64,000 bases of DNA, from NCBI GenBank assembly GCA_965217895.1, contig CBDCJV010000002.1, positions 2,176,001 through 2,240,000 on the forward strand, read 5' to 3'. The notes under the pieces are model-generated. The model ran no database searches. It worked only from the letters and a program-made list of their open reading frames with translations, and was not told where the DNA came from. Every line of letters begins with the position of its first letter. Positions within the stretch are counted from its first letter, which is position 1. The position numbers and the translations under genes were made by a program. Shown piece by piece: positions 48,319 through 57,885 of the stretch. This DNA comes from Waterburya sp. (GTDB taxonomy: Bacteria; Cyanobacteriota; Cyanobacteriia; Cyanobacteriales; Xenococcaceae).

Positions 48319-49074
48319 ATGATGGCGGGACATAGTAAGTGGGCAAATATCAAAAGGCAAAAAGCAAGAGTGGATGCCAAAAAGGGCAAAACATTTACTC
48401 AACTGTCACGGGCGATTATTGTTGCTGCTCGCCATGGTGTAGCCGATCCTGATGGTAATTTCCAGCTTCGCACCGCTATCAATAAAGCCAAAGCTGCGGG
48501 GGTTACTAATGACAGCATAGAGCGATCGCTAGCTAAGGGAGTAGGAACATACCAAGATGATGATGCTACCCTCGAAGAAGTACGCTACGAAGGCTATGGT
48601 GCAGGGGGTGTAGCTGTGCTAATTGAAGCCTTGACGGATAATCGCAACCGTACTGCTGCCTATCTTCGCTCGGCATTTAGCAAAAACGGCGGTAACCTAG
48701 GAGAAACAGGTTGTGTTAGCTGGATGTTCGATCAAAAAGGAGTAGTTACTCTAGAAACTGCCAACGAAGAAAAGTTGTTGTCAGCTTCAATTGAAGCAGG
48801 GGCAGATACCTATGAAATAGACGATGACGATACCGTAGAAGTGTATACGATCGCGACTAACTTAGATAATTTAAATCAAACTTTGCTGCGATATAACTTG
48901 GTGGTTAAAGATCTGGAGTTACGCTGGATACCTAATAGCGATATTGAGATTACCGATGCAGAGCAAGGGCGATCGCTTTTAAAATTAATCGACACTTTAG
49001 AATCACTAGATGATGTACAAAATGTTACCGCTAATTTTTCTCTGACTGAAGAAGTAATAACAGTAATGAGCTAA
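48319..49074 (+). CDS. yebC: YebC/PmpR family protein
   Basis: MAGHSKWANIKRQK, YEGYG, TDNRNRT, DDVQNV. Confidence 0.95.
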   Translation: MMAGHSKWANIKRQKARVDAKKGKTFTQLSRAIIVAARHGVADPDGNFQLRTAINKAKAAGVTNDSIERSLAKGVGTYQDDDATLEEVRYEGYGAGGVAVLIEALTDNRNRTAAYLRSAFSKNGGNLGETGCVSWMFDQKGVVTLETANEEKLLSASIEAGADTYEIDDDDTVEVYTIATNLDNLNQTLLRYNLVVKDLELRWIPNSDIEITDAEQGRSLLKLIDTLESLDDVQNVTANFSLTEEVITVMS

Positions 49075-49141
49075 AAGCAGTTGACAATTATATTTTTTTA
49101 GGTTATTACACTATGCAAAATACGAGTGAAATTTTCTGAAG

Positions 49142-50245
49142 ATGGGAAACTGTGGAGCAACCTATAATATTCATCAACAGCCTATGTTGCCGTTCTTTGA
49201 GCCATTAGATCGCAGACGACTCAAACCAGTAGATCCTCTACCCATCGGTATCAAAATCAAATCTTATAAGTTAAAGGACGTTAACATTTCTGCTTCATCT
49301 GCAAAAAAAACTCTAACCAAAACAAGTATTCAGCTACCTAACTTTGCCCATTTACATTCAGGCTCACCAAACGCTAAAAACGAACGGATTATCAGCAAAT
49401 CTTTGAATCTTGTTGAGCAGACTGATTGTTGGCCAAACGAAATCCCTAGGCTTGATTCTGGGAACTTGGGGGCAGCCTCTAAATTCTGGTGGCACTGGTT
49501 GTTATCAGCCAGTAGTGCGGTACTAATTTTAGTCTTGCCTATATTATTTCAGTCTTCTTCTCAAGCAGATAACTTATTAGATAAGGCAAAGGTTTATCTA
49601 GAGTTAGATTCGCAAACAGCAATGAGCCTTCCTGAAAGTGGTAGAACCTATTTAGATAATACTCAGGCATCCCCATTTAATCGAGCAATTGAACAAGCTC
49701 AAAAAATTGAAGCTGATTCTCCTTTTTATCCTCAGGCACAGGCTGATATTGCCCGCTGGAGTGAAACAATTTTAGACATTGCTCAAGGAAGGGCAAGTAA
49801 TCAAAATTTTGCTGGGGCGATCGCTGCTGCCAATCTTGTTCCTCAAGCTGAAGCTCCTGCTGAACTAGTTGCACAGCAAGCAACAGAAGCAGTTGAAGAT
49901 TGGCAACGAAGAGCGCGAAGATCTAATTTATATGCAGATTATCTAGTCGAAGCCAAAAAAATTATTAATTCTAATCACGCTTCATCTTATAGCCAGGCAA
50001 TAGGTATCTTAAGGCAGATAACCCCTGAAGCCAATGAATATTTAGAAGCTCAAAGTTTGATTAGGCAATGGAACAAGCAAATATATCTAATTGTCGAGCA
50101 TCGCGCAGCTAAAGGAAATTTTTCAGGAGCAATGGCAGCAGCAGCATTAGTCCCTCAAGATTCTCCCTATTATCAAGCAGCCAAAATATCGATGAGTATT
50201 TGGAAAAATCAGGCAAAAGTATTCAAATCTAGTTCAAGTAGCTAG
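49142..50245 (+). CDS. Hypothetical protein with a TM segment and helical repeats
   Basis: Repeated AI..A..IP..SP.Y..AQ..I..W units. Confidence 0.65.
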   Translation: MGNCGATYNIHQQPMLPFFEPLDRRRLKPVDPLPIGIKIKSYKLKDVNISASSAKKTLTKTSIQLPNFAHLHSGSPNAKNERIISKSLNLVEQTDCWPNEIPRLDSGNLGAASKFWWHWLLSASSAVLILVLPILFQSSSQADNLLDKAKVYLELDSQTAMSLPESGRTYLDNTQASPFNRAIEQAQKIEADSPFYPQAQADIARWSETILDIAQGRASNQNFAGAIAAANLVPQAEAPAELVAQQATEAVEDWQRRARRSNLYADYLVEAKKIINSNHASSYSQAIGILRQITPEANEYLEAQSLIRQWNKQIYLIVEHRAAKGNFSGAMAAAALVPQDSPYYQAAKISMSIWKNQAKVFKSSSSS

Positions 50246-50268
50246 GGGATGCGATTATTTATTGATTT

Positions 50269-50398
50269 GGCGTTGGTTAATCTGGGGATAATTTTTGATC
50301 TTTTGAGATCTTAAAATTGAATTAAAAAGGCTAAAAGCTTATAGCTAAGAGCTATGAACAGAAACATTTTATACGTCATACATTAAATCATCAACGCC
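50269..50398. mobile_element. MITE-like element, copy B
   Basis: Termini ggcgttg...caacgcc. The internal agctaagagctatgaacag...cattt matches the reverse complement of copy A. Confidence 0.65.
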
Positions 50399-50407
50399 AT
50401 TGATTTT

Positions 50408-51151
50408 TTATTCAATCATCTCATAGGCTTGCAGCTTAACAAGATCTAACCAAGCGTGACAAATTTTATGGCAAAAAAGATTCGATTGATTGAGGTAAAG
50501 ATCGGCTTGATTTGCTAGTTGTTCTGGGAAGTTAGGATGATTGCTTTGCAGATAGTCTCTACCATTAGCTAGCCAACCTTGTAAAATTGCTCGGTCTACT
50601 TCAAAATGACATTGAAATCCATAAATATTGTCGTCAAGACGATAGGCTTGGTTTTGGCAACTATCTCCCGTCATCAATAATTTTGCTCGATCTGGTAAAT
50701 CAAAAGTATCAAAGTGCCATTCCATAATGTGAACCGTCTCAGAATCAGATGGCAGTAACGATTTTAATAAAGGATCGTCAGCGATCGCTGTAGGAATTAG
50801 ACGCAGCGGTGTAAAACCCAGTTCAACAATTTCGTGCTGATATACTCGGCTGCCAAAGGCTCTAGCAATTAATTGCGCTCCCAGACAAATGCCAAGAATT
50901 GGCTTGTGTTCTGCCGCAAACAGTTGCACCAGACGAACCACATCCATTAAGTGAGGATACTGTGCATCATCTTCAGCATTCATCGGTCCACCTAAAATAA
51001 TTAAACCATTATAGGCAGTAGAAATAGGCAGTCTTTCACCAGCCAAGGGAGTCAAGATTTCTAGTGAAACATCGCGATCGCGAATATATTGATTTAAAAC
51101 ACCTAGAGGTGCAGTAGAAGAGTTTTGAATTATTAAAAGCCTGATAGTCAT
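50408..51151 (-). CDS. Class I glutamine amidotransferase
   Basis: LGGPM, LGICLGAQL, WHFD, GFQCHFE. Confidence 0.9.
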   Translation of the reverse strand: MTIRLLIIQNSSTAPLGVLNQYIRDRDVSLEILTPLAGERLPISTAYNGLIILGGPMNAEDDAQYPHLMDVVRLVQLFAAEHKPILGICLGAQLIARAFGSRVYQHEIVELGFTPLRLIPTAIADDPLLKSLLPSDSETVHIMEWHFDTFDLPDRAKLLMTGDSCQNQAYRLDDNIYGFQCHFEVDRAILQGWLANGRDYLQSNHPNFPEQLANQADLYLNQSNLFCHKICHAWLDLVKLQAYEMIE

Positions 51152-51876
51152 TAATTACTTTTGGTTAAAATCCACTCTTTGTATTGGCGCGGTGCATTTG
51201 TCAAAGCTTTTTTTATTTCTACATTATCTTTAAATTGTACTTGCGATAGATGGGATGTTTCGACATACAGTTTAACTTTATCTTCTTTAAAACACCAGGG
51301 CAGGATTGTTATCGACTCGTCTCCAGACATAGCAATGTAGTATTTTTTGCCATCTGGACCATCATTAATTTCTAATTTTCTTTGGTTATCTGGTAACTGT
51401 TGCTGACACAAAATTAAGGACAGGCGATCGCACCATTTCATAAACTGATATGATGATTCTGCCTCTTTTTTACTAATGTCTAGCTCTTTACGCCATTGCT
51501 GCTGTAGTTTTTCCTGTTCTTTAAGAAATTTAGCCATATCTGCTGATTCGCTGCCTTGATTGAGAAAACAAGTGTGCATTGAAGTTAGCAATGCCACCCA
51601 ACGTCCCCGATATAAAGACTCTTCGATATGTTTGGTTAGTTTTTCAACGGAAGTTTGTCCTTCAATAGTAAAATCTTTGGGCGCACCAGCCTCAGTTAAT
51701 AAACCTTTTTCCCATTCTTTTTCTAAATCATCATGGTGGGAAATAGCAGCAATAGTATCAGTAGTCCTTAGTGGTGTATCTTTTTGCTGCCAATGTGCTG
51801 CTATTTGGGCTGCTAATAGGGCATGGGCGCGATGATAAATTATCTCCCAGCCATCGGTTTTCATGTTGACAATCAT
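51151..51876 (-). CDS. DUF3891 family protein
   Basis: HRAHALLAAQIA, AISHHDD, ALLTSMH, WCDRLSL. Confidence 0.8.
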   Translation of the reverse strand: MIVNMKTDGWEIIYHRAHALLAAQIAAHWQQKDTPLRTTDTIAAISHHDDLEKEWEKGLLTEAGAPKDFTIEGQTSVEKLTKHIEESLYRGRWVALLTSMHTCFLNQGSESADMAKFLKEQEKLQQQWRKELDISKKEAESSYQFMKWCDRLSLILCQQQLPDNQRKLEINDGPDGKKYYIAMSGDESITILPWCFKEDKVKLYVETSHLSQVQFKDNVEIKKALTNAPRQYKEWILTKSN

Positions 51877-52409
51877 TACTGCTCCCCTAAATTAATATTT
51901 TCTTGTACGTACTGTTTAACTATGGTTGTTATTTGACTCAGTACAGTCTCAATTACTTGTCGATCTTTTGTTGTCCATTGACGAGGGTGATTAAACACAG
52001 ATGGTTGCAAAACTCCCCATAGCTGTCCTGGCTCACAGACATGAGCGTGGATTAAGGCTCTGTGTCCAAATGCTTCTGCCTCAAAATCTCTATTTACCAG
52101 CTTCAGGTTAGCGGTTTCTACGTCTTCTACATAGATAGAGGGCTGACAGTTTAAAGCTGCTTGAAACAGCGGATCTCTGGCTGCCAAACCTGATGATTCT
52201 TGTTGCCATTTCTCTGTGCTGATGTATGGCACTGTTGAATTTCGGCAATAACAAGAAGCAACCTGACCAAAGCAAGTTTTGGGGTCACGAACATAAAGGA
52301 AACAGCGATCTGCCTCTAAAGAATTGGCGATCGCCACCATCAGTTTTGATAATGTAATGTTCGCTGGGTTTTTAGTATTTAGAATTTTTTGAACGTCGAT
52401 AGTTGACAC
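51876..52409 (-). CDS. Stand-alone GAF domain protein
   Basis: LEADRCFLY, VEDV, LWGVL, PRQWT..D. Confidence 0.85.
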   Translation of the reverse strand: MSTIDVQKILNTKNPANITLSKLMVAIANSLEADRCFLYVRDPKTCFGQVASCYCRNSTVPYISTEKWQQESSGLAARDPLFQAALNCQPSIYVEDVETANLKLVNRDFEAEAFGHRALIHAHVCEPGQLWGVLQPSVFNHPRQWTTKDRQVIETVLSQITTIVKQYVQENINLGEQ

Positions 52410-52532
52410 AATCAGATTATTCTTATTATTATCAAAACAGAAGATAAATTACTCGAACATCATTCATTAGTCATATATTTGCCAAAATCAGGATCTAGCA
52501 ATCGCTAATATTCCTATGCAGTAGAAGAATTG

Positions 52533-53606
52533 TTAATTATTAACTGACATACTCAGACAATAAGCTGCTAGAATCTCAATGCAGTTAGAGATCGCACATA
52601 GATGAGCAATTTCGTAGCCGTGGGTGTTTTGAGTTGGAAAACTTAAACAAGCTCCCCGACAGACATGACCAAACTTCATGGCGATCGAAGCATCACTCCC
52701 AAAACCATCGATAACTGCTAGCTGAAGGGGAATATTAGCTTTAGTAGCTGCCAGACGAATCTCTGCATTGAGATATTCATCATAAATACCATAGCTATCT
52801 TGAGAGAGCAATACTGGAGCTATTCCTGATTCAATCGGATACTCGTCGGCTAAAGGACAAATTTCTAAGGCAATTAAAGCTTCTAGCTTTTGGTTTTGGG
52901 TAAAGTACAATGCGCCAATTGCCCCTACTTCTTCTTTGGCTGAAGCGACTAAATAAATATCTACAGGCGGGTTTTTAATTCTAGCAGCCAATTCTAACAA
53001 AATAGCCACAGAAGCTTTATTATCCAGGGTGTAGCTAGCAATATAGTCTTTGAGACGAAAAGGCTGTTTGCGATGTTTACCCACTACTACTCTTGTGCCT
53101 GGGCGTACTCCTAAAGCTGCTAGTTCTTCTAAATCACATTTAGTTTCTACCCAAGCATCCTCCCAGATCAAAGGCGTATCTAACTGTTGAGCTTTTTGGG
53201 GTGACTCGTGGGAAACATGACGAGAGCCAAAAGACAAAATGCCGCTGATAGTTTCTCGATCGCCCAGGATATCTACTACTCCTTCCCCATATACCCAGGG
53301 AAATGAGCCTCCTAAACGGCGCACCTGGAGACAGCCGTTGGGGTCAATGGACTTAACGATCGCGCCAATTTCATCTTTGTGAGCAGTAATAGCGATCGCC
53401 CGATTGCCATCTTGACCAGGAATTTTGGCAATTATGTTACCTGCTGAGTCCTGACAGTGTTCGACATTTAAAGCAGTAAAGCGATCGACTAGCTCTCGAT
53501 CTATTTCACCTTCCACGCCACTAGGAGAATGAGCTAAAACTAATTCTTTAATCGTGTCAAAAAGGCGATCGTAATCTAAAGCTGGTTTACTACCATTACT
53601 TTCCAT
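52533..53606 (-). CDS. M42 family metallopeptidase
   Basis: SPSGVE, AHKDEIG, LDNK, KEEVG, THGYE. Confidence 0.88.
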   Translation of the reverse strand: MESNGSKPALDYDRLFDTIKELVLAHSPSGVEGEIDRELVDRFTALNVEHCQDSAGNIIAKIPGQDGNRAIAITAHKDEIGAIVKSIDPNGCLQVRRLGGSFPWVYGEGVVDILGDRETISGILSFGSRHVSHESPQKAQQLDTPLIWEDAWVETKCDLEELAALGVRPGTRVVVGKHRKQPFRLKDYIASYTLDNKASVAILLELAARIKNPPVDIYLVASAKEEVGAIGALYFTQNQKLEALIALEICPLADEYPIESGIAPVLLSQDSYGIYDEYLNAEIRLAATKANIPLQLAVIDGFGSDASIAMKFGHVCRGACLSFPTQNTHGYEIAHLCAISNCIEILAAYCLSMSVNN

Positions 53607-53712
53607 TTTGAGGATATTACTGATTTAAAGGATGACATCGATTATAGTACTGTTTGCAGCTCTGTCTTTTTTGAGAAATCAAACTACTCAGCTTTTACTT
53701 CTTGGCAAGAAA

Positions 53713-56208
53713 TTAATCACGAGCAATATCTTCTGATATCCTTTTTTCTGAGCTTTCTGTAATTTCTAAATTCTCTGGATGATTAAGCTGTAGCAGTTTG
53801 CTGGCCTCATCCGCAGCTAGAGGACGACCAAACCAAAACCCCTGCATTTGTTGACAATCCAATTTGCGTAGCAAATCTACTTGCTCTTCAGTTTCTACTC
53901 CTTCTGCCACTACTCTTAAGTCAAATCCTTCGCCCAATTCTATTAATGCAGCTACAATTGCTAAATCCTGAGGATTATCAGTTAATTGTTGAACCAGAGA
54001 ACGATCTATTTTCAGTGTATTTAAAGGAAACTGCTTGAGATATTCCAGAGTCGAAAATCCTGCTGTAAAACTATCAACGGCAATATGCACCCCTAAAGAA
54101 TGTAGCTGGTTTAGTATATAATTACTATGATCTATGCTTTCCATTAAGCTGATGGCACTGATCTCAAGCTCCAATAATTGAGGTTCTAAAGCCGTTTCTG
54201 CCAGTATTTCGGCGATTTTTTGGGTTAAATCAGGCTGTTGAAATTGAACAGCCGATAAACTTACCGTAATTTTGGCTGATGGTAATCCTTGTGATTGCCA
54301 AGCCTTATTTTGGCTACAGGCTTGACGAATTGCCCATTCTCCAATTGGTATAATTAATTTTGACTTTTCGGCTGATTTAATAAAATTGGTGGGAGTAACT
54401 AAGCCCAATTCTGGGTGTTTCCAGCGCAACAAAGCTTCAATAGCCTCTAATTTGCCAGTGTCAACATTAATTTGTGGCTGATAGTACAGTCTAAACTCTT
54501 CTTTATCTAATCCTTGTTTAAGCAAGGCTTCCATTTCTAAAGCTACTAAAGCTTGAGAATTCATTGCTTCATCGTAAAACTGATAGCTATTTTTGTTTTG
54601 ACGAGCGCGTTCTAATGCGGTGTTAGCACTGGCTAATAAAATCTCCCCTTCATCACCGTCTTGAGGATAAATTGCAATACCAGTAGTACTATTGGCATTA
54701 ACCCTAGTTTCGCCAATCTTGAAAGATTGCCCAATTAATTCTTTGATTCTCTGATTAATTTTGACTACTTCTTCGACGTTAACAATTTGCGGTAATAGTA
54801 AAGCAAACTTATCTTCCTGCCACTGAATAACCGTATCTCCTGCACGTAAACAGGTTTTTAGTCTTTCCTCTAAAGTAGATAACAACTGATTAACTTTGTC
54901 TGTACCAATAACTGCTTGAATATCGGTCAAAGAATTAAGCTGGCAAAACATTACTGCCAAAAGCTTTTGACTTCTTTTAGCATTGGCGATCGCCGTTATT
55001 AGCTGTTGGTTAAATATTTCTCTTTCAGATAATTTTACTGAAACAACAGAACTATCAGGTTGAATCCTCGATTCGGCTTGATTCTTAATCATCAAGCATA
55101 TTTTTTCATCTGTCTGAGAACTAATCAAGCTTATGTTTACAAGCGCATTGACTATATTGCCATTTTGCTTTTTAAATAAACAGTCTCCAGTATAGCCTTG
55201 CTTTTCGGCGATTACTCTTTGAAGAACTGTGGCAAACTGATTTGATTCATTGCTCAACTCATAGACGTTCATCTGTAGCATTTCCACATCAGAATACCCT
55301 AGCAGATCCCTACAGGCTAAGTTAGATTCCACTATTTGCTTAGTTGCCGATTCAGCTATGATAATTCCTTCAGTAATTTGTTCAGTTATTTGGTTATAAA
55401 AAGTTGTTTTTTGCTGTAGTTTGATCTCCAAGGTTTTTTGAGCGGTGATATCTACCATATAATTCCTAATTGCTCTTTTTTCTGGCAAATAATAAGCAGT
55501 TTGCTGAAAGGTTTTATTGCCTACTTTGACCTCACGAGTAATTATATTATTGTCACCCTGATGGTATTTAGCAATTAAATTGGCTAATAAAGGATGATTT
55601 AGTTTTTGATGATGTATATCTTTAAAATTAATAATACCAGCCGAATTAATGTAGATGATATTGCCGTATAAATCTATTTCTATAATTGGCTGCGGACTAA
55701 GCTCCGCTAGAGAAGCTTGCTGTGAAGAAGCAAGAGGCTTGGATATACTTGCTTCTGGCTGAGAAACTTCTGAGGAATTAACAATCGTATCTTTGTTGAC
55801 TAGATCGTTTACTGGTAGCAAACTAGGCTTGATTTGCTGCCCAGAAGAAGTATTTTTGGCTGAATTAGCAGATGTTCGATATGTAGCCTGAGCGTCTGCA
55901 CTAAACTGAATCGTATCTCCCGATTTTAATTCGTGAACTAAGCTTTTTTTGCCATTAACATAAATTCCATTACGACTTCTATTGCCCTGTAAATCTCCAT
56001 CTAGTACCCAATAAGAACATTTGTTAGTTTTTAGATCGGTTCTGCGCAAGAGAGTGGCATGATTGCGAGAAGTCTTTTGGCAAGAAAGAACAATATCATT
56101 ACTAGAGTGCCGACCAATAGAATAAGTTGCAGCATCAAGGTTAATTTCTTTTTTGAAAGAAGGATCTTCAATTACCAATATGTGGTGTAACTGATCTAGA
56201 CTATCCAT
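53713..56208 (-). CDS. FHA-PAS-PAS-GGDEF-EAL protein with degenerate catalytic motifs
   Basis: FHA (IGRH, SRNHA, SRNG), PAS, LRAGDTVIQWQEDKF, YYQPQ, EALLRW, LKIDRS, AEGVE, QGFWF. Confidence 0.88.
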   Translation of the reverse strand: MDSLDQLHHILVIEDPSFKKEINLDAATYSIGRHSSNDIVLSCQKTSRNHATLLRRTDLKTNKCSYWVLDGDLQGNRSRNGIYVNGKKSLVHELKSGDTIQFSADAQATYRTSANSAKNTSSGQQIKPSLLPVNDLVNKDTIVNSSEVSQPEASISKPLASSQQASLAELSPQPIIEIDLYGNIIYINSAGIINFKDIHHQKLNHPLLANLIAKYHQGDNNIITREVKVGNKTFQQTAYYLPEKRAIRNYMVDITAQKTLEIKLQQKTTFYNQITEQITEGIIIAESATKQIVESNLACRDLLGYSDVEMLQMNVYELSNESNQFATVLQRVIAEKQGYTGDCLFKKQNGNIVNALVNISLISSQTDEKICLMIKNQAESRIQPDSSVVSVKLSEREIFNQQLITAIANAKRSQKLLAVMFCQLNSLTDIQAVIGTDKVNQLLSTLEERLKTCLRAGDTVIQWQEDKFALLLPQIVNVEEVVKINQRIKELIGQSFKIGETRVNANSTTGIAIYPQDGDEGEILLASANTALERARQNKNSYQFYDEAMNSQALVALEMEALLKQGLDKEEFRLYYQPQINVDTGKLEAIEALLRWKHPELGLVTPTNFIKSAEKSKLIIPIGEWAIRQACSQNKAWQSQGLPSAKITVSLSAVQFQQPDLTQKIAEILAETALEPQLLELEISAISLMESIDHSNYILNQLHSLGVHIAVDSFTAGFSTLEYLKQFPLNTLKIDRSLVQQLTDNPQDLAIVAALIELGEGFDLRVVAEGVETEEQVDLLRKLDCQQMQGFWFGRPLAADEASKLLQLNHPENLEITESSEKRISEDIARD

Positions 56209-56257
56209 TGTATTGTTAGGGTTTAATGTGTTTATCTCGCTTTGACAATCAATAAGA

Positions 56258-56300
56258 GTCAGAGATTACTCCGCCCTAAACGGACGAAGCCTGCTCTGAC
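56258..56300. other. Hairpin resembling an IS200/IS605-family end remnant
   Basis: Outer stem gtcagag/ctctgac enclosing ctccgccc-taaac-ggacgaag; no transposase nearby. Confidence 0.4.
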
Positions 56301-56660
56301 CGTTGGTCAATCAGCCATTAGAGTAGAATTCGTTATAAGAAAGAAGATAAAGTAGTCTCTGATTTTTAGAAATAATAATAACTTAAGTACGCATTTCTAA
56401 TAGACTGTCGTAAATTAAAGATTAAAACAATTAATTATACTTTTCATATTTTGATTCCTCGACACCGAAAATAGTGTCGAAAAACCTAATTTCTGTAATG
56501 TTAATTGCAAGTTATAAACTGACTTACCATATATTTATTAGACGCATTAGATGTTATTGACAGCTTATTGAATTACAGTAGCTGTTTATATTGTTCCCGA
56601 AAGCCAGAAAAAATTATCAGCCAGAATACAATTATCCATTTCTTATTATTAATGAATAGC

Positions 56661-56780
56661 TAATCTTGAGCAAATACTGGTGAATTTGCGGTTAGCCAAT
56701 GCAGTTAATCAAGAATAGGCTGGGAGAGATGAATGGTAAATTAATTAATGTTGGTAAGGGTTTGGAGTACAGCGATCGCC
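56661..56780 (+). repeat. Direct repeat 1: duplicate of the comM upstream region and first 11 codons
   Basis: 105/120 identical, ungapped, to 57766-57885; ends at GCGATCGCC. Confidence 0.92.
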
Positions 56781-56789
56781 TATCTATAA
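56748..56789 (+). pseudogene. Truncated comM 5' fragment
   Basis: MLVRVWSTAIAYL* versus comM MLARVWSAAIAG. Confidence 0.8.
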
Positions 56790-56928
56790 TTAGCTTTTGA
56801 CATAATCATTTTATTTCGATAGCTTTAATCAATCATGCTGTTATGGCTATGAGAAAGTATGCTTTTGCTTTTAAGAAACAATAGGGTTTTTCATCAGGGG
56901 ACAAAAATGTCCTTGGGTGATACAATGT

Positions 56929-57141
56929 ATGAAAGGAAGAGAGTTTGTCAAGAAAGTCAAAAAGTTGGGTGAGCAACTTAACGTCAATGTTCGGGTAGAG
57001 CAAAAACGGGGCAAAGGTAGCCACGTAACTCTCTATTTTGGAGAAAAATTCACCATTGTACGAAATCTTAAAGACGAACTCAAAACAGGTACTTTCAATG
57101 CAATGTTAAAACAACTAGGAATAAAAAAAGATGAAATCTAG
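56929..57141 (+). CDS. hicA: HicA family mRNA interferase toxin
   Basis: MKGREFVKKV...RGKGSH...ELKTGTFNAMLKQLGI. Confidence 0.9.
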   Translation: MKGREFVKKVKKLGEQLNVNVRVEQKRGKGSHVTLYFGEKFTIVRNLKDELKTGTFNAMLKQLGIKKDEI

Positions 57142-57586
57142 AAATCACAATACTGAAAATCGTTTTAAGTTTCCTGCTACCTTAACTCCTGATACAGATG
57201 ATGGTGGTTTTGTCGTCACCTTTCGCGATCTTCCAGAAGCTATTACTCAAGGAGATTCTATCGAAGAAGCTTTGCAGGAAGCATCTGATTGTTTAGATGA
57301 GGCGATCGCAGCTAGAATTGACGATAATATGGATATTCCTTATCCATCTAATAATAAACAGGCGCACGAATATTTGGTTTCTGTTCCTTTGCAAACTGCT
57401 TTGAAGGCTGCGGTAGCTTTAGCAATGCGAGAATCCAATATGACTCAAGTTGAATTAGCTAAAGCCCTTAACACTAAACCAAGAGAAGTAAGACGTATTT
57501 TAAATCCTTATCATGGTACAAAATTAACCAAAATGGAACAAACTCTGGCAGCACTTGGTAAAAAAGTAGAGTTGTGCGTGTTTTGA
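57131..57586 (+). CDS. hicB: HicB family antitoxin with C-terminal HTH
   Basis: GFVVTFRDLPEAITQGDSIEEA; HTH MTQVELAKAL; overlaps hicA by 11 nt. Confidence 0.92.
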   Translation: MKSRNHNTENRFKFPATLTPDTDDGGFVVTFRDLPEAITQGDSIEEALQEASDCLDEAIAARIDDNMDIPYPSNNKQAHEYLVSVPLQTALKAAVALAMRESNMTQVELAKALNTKPREVRRILNPYHGTKLTKMEQTLAALGKKVELCVF

Positions 57587-57607
57587 GTAAAAAGAGAGTT
57601 CATTAAC

Positions 57608-57763
57608 TAATGTCAGTTCGGGTTAATAGCAATCAGGGTGATTGAATAGTTTAAACCTATAACCTATAACCTATAACGGCTTGGCATTAAATCGAAAAAC
57701 CAAGAAACAATTAATAATCGTAACCAAACAAAAAGGGTTATAGACTATCCTGAATTCACGTTA
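57608..57763. mobile_element. MITE-like element with an internal (AACCTAT)3 tandem repeat
   Basis: Imperfect TIRs taatgtcagttcgggtta / tatcctgaattcacgtta; heptamers at about 57654-57677. Confidence 0.5.
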
Positions 57764-57765
57764 AT

Positions 57766-57885
57766 TAATCTTGGGCAAATACTGGTAAATTTGCGGTTAG
57801 CCGATTTAGTCAATCAGGAATAGGCTAGGGTTGATGAATGGTTAATTAATTAATGTTGGCAAGGGTTTGGAGTGCGGCGATCGCC
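57766..57885 (+). repeat. Direct repeat 2: intact comM upstream region and 5' end
   Basis: Partner of 56661-56780 at an offset of 1105 bp. Confidence 0.92.

Noticed and set aside
56209..56340. c-di-GMP riboswitch upstream of the EAL gene
   Set aside because: The GEMM consensus (GGCAAAC...GAAA...GGACGCAAAGC) is not present.
57654..57677. Short tandem repeats (also near 290, 4666, 13688, 26469) as possible CRISPR arrays
   Set aside because: These are 7-8-nt STRR-type repeats without spacers, and no cas genes are present.
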